This document shows positions 16,944 to 26,370 of a DNA stretch of 64,000 nt, piece after piece. Each line of letters opens with the position of its first letter. The stretch's first letter is position 1. Source of the stretch: an uncultured Verrucomicrobiota bacterium (lineage in GTDB: Bacteria; Verrucomicrobiota; Verrucomicrobiia; Limisphaerales; UBA9464); the NCBI GenBank assembly GCA_964525755.1, contig CAZGIK010000003.1, positions 50,279-114,278 on the forward strand. Direction: 5' to 3'. Under the pieces are notes generated by a model. The model was not told the origin of the DNA and searched no databases. It worked only from the letters and a program-made list of their open reading frames with translations. Both the position numbers and the translations under genes were made by a program.

Positions 16944-19900
16944 ATGTCCAGCCCGACCCCGGAGCAGGCTGCCGCGATCGCCGCCGAGGGCGACGTCCTG
17001 GTCATGGCGGGGGCCGGCACCGGCAAGACCCGCACCCTGGTCGAGCGCTTGGTGGAGCGGCTGACCCGCCCGGTCGACCCCCTGTCGCTCGACCGGGTCC
17101 TCATGGTCACCTTCACCGAGGCGGCGGCGGCGGAGATGCGCGGTCGGCTCCGGGAGCGGCTGGTCCGACGCGTGGCGGAGGCCCCGGACGACGTCCACCT
17201 GGCCCGTCAGCTCCTGCTGCTCGACACGGCGGACATCGGGACCCTCCACGGGTTCTGCCTCCGGCTGATCCGCGGGCATTTCCACGAACTCGAACTGGAT
17301 CCGCAGCTGGAGGTGCTCGACGACGCGGCGGCGCGGCGGATGTCGGCCGACACCCTCGCCGCCGTGCTCCGTCCGCTCTACGGGGGTGGGGACGCGCTGG
17401 GGGCGGCGGTCCGGGAGCTGGCGCAGGTGCAGTTCGACGGGGATGTCGACCGCCTCGAGCAGACGATCCTCGCCCTGCATGCCCGGCTGCGTTCGCTGGC
17501 GGATCCGGACGGATGGCTGCGGCGGGCGCGTGCCGTGTGGGAGGAGGGGGGGGCGGCGATGCAGCGGTCCGCGCTCGTCGAGGCGTTGGGCGGATGGGCG
17601 GCGGGATGGGTCGACCGGCTGACGCCCCTCGCCCCCGACAACCCCAAGGCCGCCGAGCTCCTGCCCCGGCTCACGGCCCTGGCGGCGGGCACGGGGGAAC
17701 CCGGGGCGGTGCTGGAGGCCCTGGCCGGGGCCGACGCGTCCTGGCCCAAGAAGATGAAGACCCGGTTGCGCGAGCCGCTGAAGGGATTCTTCGACGACGT
17801 GGCGGCCCTCCGCTCCTGGTGGGACATCCCCGTGGACGGACCCGATCCGGTGCTCGAGGACTGGCAGTGGTGCCGTCCGCGGATGCACGCCCTCCTCGAG
17901 GTGCTCCACCGGTTCTCGTCGGAGTACGCCCGCCGGAAGCGGGCGGCCGGACGCCTCGATTTTTCCGACCTCGAGCAGTTCGCCCTCGACCTGTTGGGAC
18001 ATCGGCCCGGCGCGGCGTCGGCCACGCCGGCGGCGGCGGCCTGCCGGTCGCAGTACGACCTGGTGCTGGTCGACGAGGCGCAGGACGTGAACGAGGCGCA
18101 GGATGCGATCCTGCGGGCCGTGGCGCGGCCGGCGCCCGACGGGAACCGGTTCCTCGTGGGAGACGTGAAGCAGTCGATCTACCGGTTCCGGTTTGCCGAG
18201 CCGCGGCTCTTCCAGGACTACGCCCGCGACTGGGGAACGTCCGGCGGGCCCGGGCGGGTGCTGCCCCTTACCGGGAACTTCCGCTCGGCCGAGTCGCTGC
18301 TCGGGTTCGTGAACGACCTCTTCCACGCCATCCAGCGTCCCGAGGCGGGCGGGGTGGCCTACGATGCCGAGGCACGGCTGCGCTTCGGCGCCCCGGAACA
18401 GCGGGCCGCGCTGTCGGCCGCCGCCGACCCGGCGCCGCGGGTCGAGGTGCACCTCCAGCTGCCCGCCGCGGCGGCGGAGGACGGCGACCCGGCGCCGGGG
18501 GGCGGCGAGGATGCCGAGGAGGTGTCCGCGCTCCAGGCCGAGGCCCGTCGGGTGGCCCTCGAACTCCGGCGCCTCCGCGACGGGGGATTCCGGGTGTGGG
18601 ACGCCGCGCTGGGCGGGTTCCGTCCGGTGGGCTGGGGCGACATGGCCGTCCTGCTCCGGGCCGAGCGCACGCGCATCGCCGACTTCGCCGCGGCGTTCCG
18701 CACGGTCGGCGTGCCCCTCGTGGCGCGGCAGGGCGACTTCTTCACCCGGCTCGAGGTGTCCGACCTGCACGCCGTGCTCCGCCTGGTCGACAATCCGCTG
18801 CAGGACATCCCGGTTCTCACCGCCCTGCGTTCCCCGCTGGTGGGCATGTCCGACGTGAACGAACTGGCCGCGGTGCGGATGTTCGCCCGTCGGGAGAAGC
18901 CGTGGTGGACGTTGCTGCAGCGGTTCCACCGGGCCGGTCGGGAACTGTGCGCCGCCCATCCGGGGTTGGCCGATGGCGAGCCCTGTCCGTGTCCGGCGGA
19001 GCCGCCGCCGCTGACGGATGCCGACGGGCGTCCGGTGCTGGAGGGGGCGGATGTCTTCCTCCACCCGGCCACCGCCCTTCCGGCGGCCCGGGCGTGGGTG
19101 CGGGTGGACCGGTTCCTGGGGTGGCATGCGGCGTGGCGGCAGCTGGGGCGTCAGGGATCGATGCGGGCGCTGCTGGAGGCGGTGCTCGACGACACCGGGT
19201 ACGAGGCCCGGCTGGCCGGGAATTCCGGCGGCGCGGATGCCCTGGCCAACGTGCGGCAGCTCCTCGAGGTGGCGCGGCGTTTCGACCGCTCGCAGCGGGG
19301 CGGCGTGTACCGGTTCCTGTCGCATCTCGACGACCTCCATGCGGCCGACGCGCTCGAGGCCGGCGCCGGCGCGGCGGCGGGCGATGCCGTCCAGTTGCTG
19401 ACCATCCACCGGAGCAAGGGCCTCGAGTTCCCGGTGGTGGCGGTGGCGAACCTCGGCAGCCGGTTCCACCTGGGCGACCTGCACGCCGCCCGGGTCCTGT
19501 TCGACGAGCGGCGCGGACTGTGCCCGCGGGTGGTGACGCCGCGCGGGCAGGACTATCCCTCGCTGCCCCTCTGGCTGGCCCGGAGGGACGAGATGCGGGA
19601 GCGCCTGGGCGAGGAGATCCGCCTGCTGTACGTGGCCTTCACCCGGGCCCGGGACCGGCTCCTGCTGTTCGGGACGACGCGGCGGGCGGATCCCTCCGAA
19701 GCCTGGGCGCCGGTGGCCGGGGCGGCCCGGGCCGCGGGTGGGGCCGGGGGGGCCCGCCTGCCCGTCCATGACCTGCTGGGGGCCGCGGATCCCCTCGGGT
19801 GGCTCGGTCCCGCGCTGGGCGCCCTGTCCGAGCCGGACTGGGCCTCGCGGCCCTCGGGACGGTCGGAACGGTTCACCTGGCAGGTCCATTCCACCCCGCC

Positions 19901-20672
19901 CGAGGTGGCGGCGGTGGTGCCGCTGCCGGAATCCGGGCCGGCGGATGCCGGGGAGTCGGTGGACCCGGGCTGGCGTTATCCGCACGAGCCGGCCACCCGG
20001 GAGCCGGCGAAGACCACGGTCACCGCGCTGCGACGGCGGGCGTCGCTGGAGGATCCGGACGACGCGACCCCGTTTCCCGGCTCCGCCGGCGGGACCGCCG
20101 GGCGGCGTGGAGGCGGGGCGGGGAACCGCTCGGCGGCCGAGCGGGGCACGCTGCATCACCGCTTCCTCGAACATGTGGATCCGGCGGCCTGCGGATCGGC
20201 CGACGGGGTCGGGTCGGAACGCGATCGCCTGGTGCGGGAGGGGCACCTGCGGGCCGACGAGGCCGCGGCGCTGGATCTCCCGGCGCTGGTGCGCTTCTGG
20301 GAATCCCCGCTCGGTGTCCGGGCCCGGGAGGCGGCGGCCGCCGGAAGCCTGCGCCGGGAGTTCCCCTTCACCGTGCGCCTCGACGGGGCGGACCTCCGGT
20401 CGGTCGGGATCACGGCGGATGGCCTGGCCGACGGCGAGTTCGTGGTGGCGCAGGGGGTGATCGACCTGGCGGGTGAGGATGCCGACGGCCTGTGGATCCT
20501 GGACTTCAAGACCGATGCCGTGTCGCCGGGGGCGTCCACCGCCGAGCGCGCCGCGGCCTACCGTCCGCAGCTGCGGGCGTATGCCCTGGCGCTCGGGCGC
20601 ATCCTGGGGCGGCCGGTGACCGGTTGCTGGCTGCACTTCCTCGCCACCGGCGCGTCGGTGCAGGTGGGGTAG
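16944..20672 (+). CDS. addA: AddA-type helicase-nuclease (UvrD helicase plus C-terminal PD-(D/E)xK nuclease)
   Basis: AGAGTGKT; TFTEAAAAEMR; DEAQD; VGDVKQSIYRFR; TIHRSKGLEF; RLLYVAFTRAR; RecB-type nuclease QGVIDL..ILDFKTD..QLRAYA. Confidence 0.88.
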   Translation: MSSPTPEQAAAIAAEGDVLVMAGAGTGKTRTLVERLVERLTRPVDPLSLDRVLMVTFTEAAAAEMRGRLRERLVRRVAEAPDDVHLARQLLLLDTADIGTLHGFCLRLIRGHFHELELDPQLEVLDDAAARRMSADTLAAVLRPLYGGGDALGAAVRELAQVQFDGDVDRLEQTILALHARLRSLADPDGWLRRARAVWEEGGAAMQRSALVEALGGWAAGWVDRLTPLAPDNPKAAELLPRLTALAAGTGEPGAVLEALAGADASWPKKMKTRLREPLKGFFDDVAALRSWWDIPVDGPDPVLEDWQWCRPRMHALLEVLHRFSSEYARRKRAAGRLDFSDLEQFALDLLGHRPGAASATPAAAACRSQYDLVLVDEAQDVNEAQDAILRAVARPAPDGNRFLVGDVKQSIYRFRFAEPRLFQDYARDWGTSGGPGRVLPLTGNFRSAESLLGFVNDLFHAIQRPEAGGVAYDAEARLRFGAPEQRAALSAAADPAPRVEVHLQLPAAAAEDGDPAPGGGEDAEEVSALQAEARRVALELRRLRDGGFRVWDAALGGFRPVGWGDMAVLLRAERTRIADFAAAFRTVGVPLVARQGDFFTRLEVSDLHAVLRLVDNPLQDIPVLTALRSPLVGMSDVNELAAVRMFARREKPWWTLLQRFHRAGRELCAAHPGLADGEPCPCPAEPPPLTDADGRPVLEGADVFLHPATALPAARAWVRVDRFLGWHAAWRQLGRQGSMRALLEAVLDDTGYEARLAGNSGGADALANVRQLLEVARRFDRSQRGGVYRFLSHLDDLHAADALEAGAGAAAGDAVQLLTIHRSKGLEFPVVAVANLGSRFHLGDLHAARVLFDERRGLCPRVVTPRGQDYPSLPLWLARRDEMRERLGEEIRLLYVAFTRARDRLLLFGTTRRADPSEAWAPVAGAARAAGGAGGARLPVHDLLGAADPLGWLGPALGALSEPDWASRPSGRSERFTWQVHSTPPEVAAVVPLPESGPADAGESVDPGWRYPHEPATREPAKTTVTALRRRASLEDPDDATPFPGSAGGTAGRRGGGAGNRSAAERGTLHHRFLEHVDPAACGSADGVGSERDRLVREGHLRADEAAALDLPALVRFWESPLGVRAREAAAAGSLRREFPFTVRLDGADLRSVGITADGLADGEFVVAQGVIDLAGEDADGLWILDFKTDAVSPGASTAERAAAYRPQLRAYALALGRILGRPVTGCWLHFLATGASVQVG

Positions 20673-20678
20673 GGGGGG

Positions 20679-23600
20679 TCAGTCGCCGCGGAGGGAGGCG
20701 ACGAGGCGACCCCGGCAGGCGTGCCGGGTGGCCAGCCAGGTCCAGGCGAGGCCGTTGACGAGGACCGCGGCCAGGGTGAGGGCGAGGGAGGTCCACGGCA
20801 TGCCGCCGCCGCCCGACCGGATGGCCGGCAGGACCGCGGCCAGCGCCGCGACCAGTCCCACCGCCAACCCCGCGGCCAGGAGCAGCGCGTGTTCCATCAG
20901 GATCAGCCGACGGACCCGTCGGCCGGAGAACCCCACCGCCTGGAGCACCCCCAGCTCGGCCCGGCGTTCGTGCACGTTCCGCAGGACCACCACCCCCAGG
21001 CCGAAACTCCCCAGCAGGAGGCCCAGTCCACCCAGCACCTGGAAGGTGTTCAGGTAGGTGTTCTGGACGGCGTTGTAGCGGTCCAGGCGGTCGGCGGTGC
21101 CGGTGAGTTCCAGTCCGACGTCCTGCAGGGCCCGGGTGAGCGTCGCCGCCACCTCCGGGGCCCGGCCGTCCGGCACCTCGATCAGGAATGCGCGGTGGCC
21201 GGAGGCCGACGGGTACCGCTGCACGAGGGCGGCCTCGTCGATCACGAGGCGGCCCTGGAGGATCGAGTTGGCCACCGCGCCGACGATGCGGAGGCGGAAC
21301 GGGCGTCCGTTCTCGTCGAGGTAGTCGATCGTGTCGCCCACCTGGAGCTTGAGGGCCCACTGCAGCGATGCGGCGTCGCCGATGGCCGGGATCTCGTCGG
21401 GCGGCGTCCCGGGGCCGGTCCGGAGCGCCTCCCATGGCGAGCCCGACGGGAGGCCGGGCGCGGTGCGCGTGAACGAGAAGGCGCCCCGGGAGGCGAGGTC
21501 GCCGGGGCGCACCCCGAGCAGGCTGGGCCGTCCCGCGCGGTTCAGGTTGAGGCAGCTGGCCTCGTCGCCTTCCCGGACACGGAGCGGGACGATCCCCACG
21601 CCGTCGAGGTCCGCGGGGGCCAGTCCGAACGCCTCCAGGCCCCGGGCCGACTCCAGGTCCTCGGCCACCGGAAGGGCGGTCTCCCCCCACAGGGCGAAGC
21701 CGCCGGTGCCCCCGGTGCGGAGGCCGGCATCGCGTCGGGCGTCGAGCCGGTTGGCGCCGACGGCGACGATGAGGAAGGCGGCGGCGGCGAGCAGGGCGAC
21801 GGTGGCCAGGGAGCGTCGGGGCTTGCGGGCCGGTGCGCGGAGCGCGAGGCCGGGCAGGCTCCGGGCCGGCGGACGGCGCCCCCGGTCGCGGCGGCGGGTC
21901 ATGTCGCGCACCGCGGCCAGCCCGGCGAGGAGGAGGAGGCTGCCGGCGCCGAAGAACCACGGCGGCTGCTGCGACACCGGGCGTCCGCCGGCGGCGAGGA
22001 CGAGTCCCAGCCCGGCGAGCCCGAGCACCGGCGCCATCCAGCGCCCGGCCCACCGCCCGGTTCCCGGAGCGCGGCCGGCTTCGGTGGCCCCCTCGTTCAG
22101 CAGTTCGCGGGCGGGGCGCCGGAGGGTCGTGCGCAACGCGACCCGGAGCGTGCCGGCCGCCGCCGCCACCCCGAGGGCCATCCCCGTGGCCAGGGTCGAC
22201 GGCCGGACATGGAAATCCAGCCCCGCGCCGGCGACGGCATCGCTCCAGATCGTGTTGAGGCCCCAGAGGACCGCGCGCCCGTAGCCGAGTCCGGCCAGGG
22301 TCCCCGGCACGCCGGCCACCACCGCGAGGAGCAGGCCCTCGCGGAAGTAGAGCCGACGCACCCGCGACGCGGGCCATCCGATCGCCAGCAGGGTTCCCAG
22401 CTCCCGGGCGCGCTGTTCCAGTCCGAACTGGAACAGCAGCGAGGTGAGCAGGAGGGCGGCGGCGATGAGGAAGAAGCTGAACGCGATGAACAGTCCGCCG
22501 AAATCCCGGGCCATCCCCCCGGACGCGGCCTCGATCGCCTCCGCCCGGACGGGGCGCAGCCCGAGCCCGAGGTCCGCCGGGGCAAGGGCGCCGCGGACGC
22601 GCGCCGCCACGCGGTCGCGGAGGGCCGACGGGTCGGGATGCCCGGGCGGGACCAGCCACCGGACGCCGGTCAGGTCGCCGAACCGGTTCGCCCAGAGGCG
22701 ACGTCCGGCGGACAGGCTGATGAAGGCCTTGGGGGTGCCCCGCCAGTCCTTCCAGTAGTCCTCGTCCTTCTGCCGGATGGTGTGGACCAGCGGGAAGCCC
22801 GCGTCCCACTCGTGGGTGCTCTCCGCCTTGGCCAGTCCGGGAAACTCCGGCATCAGGGTACGGTCCGCGTGCAGCCCGCGCAGGGGGACCACCGACCGGA
22901 CGCGGAACTCGTTGGTGGCCTCCTGCAGGCGGGTCCCGCTGTCGGCCCGGTAGTAGGTGACGGTCACCCGGTCGCCCGGGCCCACGCCGAGGTCGGCGGC
23001 CAGCCACTCGCCCACCACGATCTCGTCATCCGCCAGGTCGGCCGGCGTGTAGGGCGGGCCGACCGCCGTGACCATGGAATACGGGGTGAGGTCCTCCCCG
23101 TGGGCCAGCCCGTTGACCAGGTAGGTCAGCACCGGAACGGGTTTGATCCCGTCGACGTCGACCGTTGCTGCCCCGGCCACCGGGGGTTCGAGGAAGATGC
23201 GCCGGCTGCGGAGTTCGACCGCCGACGGGGCCCGTTCGCCCCCGGTCAGTTCCGCGGCCGGGGCCGCGAGATCCACGGAAAGCTCCAGGTCGGTCAGCGT
23301 GGCGTGTTCCCGGATTCCCGCCGTGGCGCGGACCGGATCGGGGGCGGGCTGTCCTTCGGACGGCCCCGCGGCCAGCACGTTGGCGCGTCCGGACTGCCCG
23401 GTGACCCGGGCCAGGTCCTCGTGGCGGACGAAGGCGTTCAACGGGGCCTCCTGGTTGGCGGCGAGGCTGAAGTTCCCCAGTTGGGCCGGGGAGACGATAC
23501 CGCGGACCTCGACCCGCAGGGCGACGCTGGTCTGGTCGCGGGGGGCGATCACGGCGTCGAGCGACAGGGCGCCGGGCTTGTGCAGGCGGAGGATGAGCGT

Positions 23601-24053
23601 GTCGCCCGGCCGGGCGGAAAGCTGTCGGGCGAGGGCCGGGTTCAGCAGGACGCCCCCGGGGCCCGGATCCGGGACCGGCTCGGTGGCGAGTCGCCAGAAA
23701 TCGGGTCCGACCCCGAGCACCTGGATCCGGTTGGCCCGCGCGGTGCCGTCCTGGCGGGTGGCCAGCGCCGGGAGGCGAAGGGCGGTGGCCCAGGCCTCCG
23801 TGGCCGGGGGCGGCTCGGCGCCGAAGGCCGGGCCGCCGGGATCGTTCCCGAAGAACCGGTCGTGTCCGTCGTGCGCCAGGGTGATCCGTCCGAGGCGCTC
23901 CAGGGCGCGTCGCCGGAGGGTGTCCCGGACGGCGTCCCCCACCGACAGGGCGCCGACGAGGACCGCGGTGGCGATGGCGGCGCCGAGGACCACCCCGGCG
24001 TGGGCGCGTCGATGGAACCAGAGGCTGCGGAGGGCGATGGCGAGGGAGTTCAT
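20679..24053 (-). CDS. Large ABC transporter permease, FtsX/MacB-like (two permease repeats)
   Basis: SLWFHRRAH..GAAIATAVLVGALSVGD; EQRARELGTLLAIGW; ERRAELGVLQAVGF; immediately downstream of the ATPase gene. Confidence 0.88.
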   Translation of the reverse strand: MNSLAIALRSLWFHRRAHAGVVLGAAIATAVLVGALSVGDAVRDTLRRRALERLGRITLAHDGHDRFFGNDPGGPAFGAEPPPATEAWATALRLPALATRQDGTARANRIQVLGVGPDFWRLATEPVPDPGPGGVLLNPALARQLSARPGDTLILRLHKPGALSLDAVIAPRDQTSVALRVEVRGIVSPAQLGNFSLAANQEAPLNAFVRHEDLARVTGQSGRANVLAAGPSEGQPAPDPVRATAGIREHATLTDLELSVDLAAPAAELTGGERAPSAVELRSRRIFLEPPVAGAATVDVDGIKPVPVLTYLVNGLAHGEDLTPYSMVTAVGPPYTPADLADDEIVVGEWLAADLGVGPGDRVTVTYYRADSGTRLQEATNEFRVRSVVPLRGLHADRTLMPEFPGLAKAESTHEWDAGFPLVHTIRQKDEDYWKDWRGTPKAFISLSAGRRLWANRFGDLTGVRWLVPPGHPDPSALRDRVAARVRGALAPADLGLGLRPVRAEAIEAASGGMARDFGGLFIAFSFFLIAAALLLTSLLFQFGLEQRARELGTLLAIGWPASRVRRLYFREGLLLAVVAGVPGTLAGLGYGRAVLWGLNTIWSDAVAGAGLDFHVRPSTLATGMALGVAAAAGTLRVALRTTLRRPARELLNEGATEAGRAPGTGRWAGRWMAPVLGLAGLGLVLAAGGRPVSQQPPWFFGAGSLLLLAGLAAVRDMTRRRDRGRRPPARSLPGLALRAPARKPRRSLATVALLAAAAFLIVAVGANRLDARRDAGLRTGGTGGFALWGETALPVAEDLESARGLEAFGLAPADLDGVGIVPLRVREGDEASCLNLNRAGRPSLLGVRPGDLASRGAFSFTRTAPGLPSGSPWEALRTGPGTPPDEIPAIGDAASLQWALKLQVGDTIDYLDENGRPFRLRIVGAVANSILQGRLVIDEAALVQRYPSASGHRAFLIEVPDGRAPEVAATLTRALQDVGLELTGTADRLDRYNAVQNTYLNTFQVLGGLGLLLGSFGLGVVVLRNVHERRAELGVLQAVGFSGRRVRRLILMEHALLLAAGLAVGLVAALAAVLPAIRSGGGGMPWTSLALTLAAVLVNGLAWTWLATRHACRGRLVASLRGD

Positions 24054-24055
24054 GC

Positions 24056-24766
24056 TCAGGCCAGCTGTCCGTCGCGCACCTCGACCGTCCGGTCGAGCAA
24101 CCGGGCGAGGTCCAGGGAATGGGTCACCACCACCAGGGTCACGCCCTGCTCCCGGTTCAGTTCCAGCAGCAGGCGGGAGAGGTTCTCCGCGCTCGACCGG
24201 TCGAGCGCCCCCGTGGGTTCGTCGGCGAGGAGCATCCGGGGCTGGTTGATCAGGGCCCGGACCACGGCGACCCGCTGGCATTCCCCACCCGACAGCCTTC
24301 CGGGGAGGTGGTCGAGTCGCGGCGCCAGTCCGACCCGGTCGAGCAGCGTTCGCGCCCGTCCCTCGGCATCGGCGGGGGCCCGTCCGGTGCCGGCCAGGGT
24401 CGGTACCAGCACGTTCTCGAGGACCGTGAGGTGGGGCAGGAGGTGGTGGGACTGGAAGATGAATCCGATCGACCGCCGACGGACCTCGGCCAGGGCCGCC
24501 TCGTCCAGTTGGCCGAGGTCGCGTCCGTCGAGGCGGATGGAACCGCTGTCGGGACGGTCGAGTGTGCCGATCAGGTTGAGGAGCGTGGTCTTGCCCGATC
24601 CGCTGGGTCCGAGGATGGCCACCGCCTCACCGGCCCCGATCCGGAGGGAGACACCCCGCAGCACCGGCACCGGCGGCGCGCCATCGGCACCGCCGTAGGT
24701 CTTGGTCACGTCGGTCACTTCCAGCAGGGGGCCGTCGGATGGCATGGCGTCGACCGTAGCGTCCAC
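24056..24766 (-). CDS. ABC transporter ATP-binding protein, LolD/MacB-like
   Basis: GPSGSGKTT; IGFIFQSHHLLP; LSGGECQRVAVVRAL; LLADEPTGALD; VVVTH. Start could instead be the ATG at 24745. Confidence 0.93.
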   Translation of the reverse strand: MDATVDAMPSDGPLLEVTDVTKTYGGADGAPPVPVLRGVSLRIGAGEAVAILGPSGSGKTTLLNLIGTLDRPDSGSIRLDGRDLGQLDEAALAEVRRRSIGFIFQSHHLLPHLTVLENVLVPTLAGTGRAPADAEGRARTLLDRVGLAPRLDHLPGRLSGGECQRVAVVRALINQPRMLLADEPTGALDRSSAENLSRLLLELNREQGVTLVVVTHSLDLARLLDRTVEVRDGQLA

Positions 24767-24842
24767 CGGCGGTCCGGCAAAGCACGCGGCCCGCCTGTTC
24801 GACCCGGCTGGCTACCGCGTCGGGGGCTGCGGAGGCCACCAC

Positions 24843-24978
24843 GGTGTCAGGCTCCCTGTGGGCCGCGCGGCCGGGAAGTGGGGACGGGGGTGTCAGGCTC
24901 CCGGTCGGGATGATGGCACCCGGGGTGACAGGCCCGGTTTGGGCGATCGAGGTGCGTGGATGGGGGTGTCAGGCTTCC
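24843..24978 (+). repeat. Three direct copies of ggtgtcaggct(c/t)cc
   Basis: Copies at 24843-24856, 24889-24902 and 24965-24978. Confidence 0.75.
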
Positions 24979-24983
24979 GGGTC

Positions 24984-25359
24984 GAGGTCGGAATCGGGAT
25001 CGACCTCCCTCCACCCCGCCCCTTTTCGCCGTCATCCGGAGCGCCGGGCTCCTGCGAGGCGGGGGCGAGCGGGGAGAACTCATTATCGTCCGCAGATTTC
25101 GCAGATTTCCGCAGATGCCGGGAGGCTCCGGAGCAGGGGAGGGAGAACGACAACAAAGGGTGCGAAGGGACGAAGATCATGGATGCCTTCTCTCGCTCGG
25201 GACCCTGCTGCCCGCTGCATGCGTTTCCCCGTAGCCGCGGCCGGTAGGCCGCCGGTCTGTGCTTCCTCCGAGCTCCGCCGCCCATGGCGATTTGTGTGCC
25301 CCTCCGCGCCTCAGCGCCTCCGCGGGAAAAAAAAGTCTCTTCCTCCCACTTCCCTCTGA
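24984..25359. repeat. Modular palindromic repeat element, left arm of the filled copy
   Basis: Shares modules with 40193-40652, including 66 identical nt (25104-25169 = 40263-40328), a GTAG hairpin at 25231, and the ctccgcg..cccacttccctctga module. Confidence 0.9.
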
Positions 25360-25367
25360 ACATCAGG

Positions 25368-25481
25368 GACGCGGGGCGGCTGACGAACAGGGTCGACGCG
25401 GTGGAGACCACGAAGTACACGTACGCCCATGGCCTGCTGGCGACCGAGGACGGTCCGTGGGCAGACAACACCGTGGCCTGA
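25368..25481 (+). pseudogene. RHS/YD-repeat gene fragment
   Basis: Translates as DAGRLTNRVDAVETTKYTYAHGLLATEDGPWADNTVA*, resembling verrucomicrobial RHS core repeats; no start codon, ends in a stop. Confidence 0.65.
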
Positions 25482-25500
25482 GATAACAGCCGGGGGGCAT

Positions 25501-26046
25501 ATGATAAATCGAAAGGGACGACGCTTCTGGGTTACTGCTATGGCGTTGGTCGCGCTTTGCATGACGGGTTGTGAAGGGAGGTTGCTGAAAATTGAGACCA
25601 GTGTAATGGCTCCAACCGTTACGAATGGGTCTAGGCTGGTGCTCAACAGGAAATGGACCTCGATTCAAAGGGGGGATGTGGTCGTGTTTACGATGCCGAC
25701 ATCCCGACAAAGTGTCTCGATAATGCGGGTCTATGCAATTGCTGGTGATACAGTTCAATATGATGCAAGGGCGGAAAAGTTGATGGTGCTAGATTCTAAT
25801 GGGTCGCGGGTGTCGCATGCTCCTGTGTCGGTTGATGCTAAACATGCAATGAAGATCGAGGAACAACTGGGTCCTGGAAAGTTGTTTGTTATGGGGGATA
25901 ATATGTACGACAGCTTCGACAGTAGGTATTGGGGCTTGCTCGATGAAGCTAGGGTGTTGGGGGTGGTCCCAGCATCGGCGATAGCCGGTGCGAGCGACGC
26001 GAAATGGCGTGCCATGGCGGTTGGAGAGGAGGCAATCATCCAATAG
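25501..26046 (+). CDS. Signal peptidase I (S26)-fold predicted lipoprotein, catalytic Ser/Lys apparently absent
   Basis: RGDVVVF; AIAGDTV; LFVMGDNMYDSFDSRYWG; lipobox-like LCMTGC; IETSVM and SIMRV occupy the IPSGSM and YIKRV positions; visibly lower GC than flanks. Confidence 0.78.
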   Translation: MINRKGRRFWVTAMALVALCMTGCEGRLLKIETSVMAPTVTNGSRLVLNRKWTSIQRGDVVVFTMPTSRQSVSIMRVYAIAGDTVQYDARAEKLMVLDSNGSRVSHAPVSVDAKHAMKIEEQLGPGKLFVMGDNMYDSFDSRYWGLLDEARVLGVVPASAIAGASDAKWRAMAVGEEAIIQ

Positions 26047-26115
26047 CTCGGATTTTGCACCAGTTCGGAGGTGGATTGGTTGGAGAGCTCGCGGTCAGCC
26101 CCGAATGCGTCGTTG

Positions 26116-26340
26116 GAAGGGCTCAAAGCCCGCTTTACACGGGCGTATGGAACTCGCACCCGCGTGAGGCCCGTGGGCGGCCGACACGGTGGGCCGGACG
26201 CTGGACATGGCGGGGCGGATGACCGGGTTGACCGAGCAGGGGCCTGCCTGCAGTTGGCTGTCGGTCCCTGCCGGGACCGAACCGCTCGCGGGAGCTCGCG
26301 GCTCCGGATGGGTGTGGAGGCCCCGGCGGCAACCTGGCTC
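26116..26340. repeat. Modular palindromic repeat element, right arm of the filled copy
   Basis: gaagggctcaaagcccgc matches 40658-40675; hairpin tcggtccc-tgcc-gggaccga; 38-mer gggaccgaaccgctcgcgggagctcgcggctccggatg at 26273-26310. Confidence 0.9.
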
Positions 26341-26370
26341 CCGTCCACTCCCGGTCGGGGTCGCTGTTGG

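Noticed and set aside
24984-26340. Possible integron cassette with attC sites
   Set aside because: No clear RYYYAAC/GTTRRRY box pair and no intI in the window; the architecture fits REP-like modules better.
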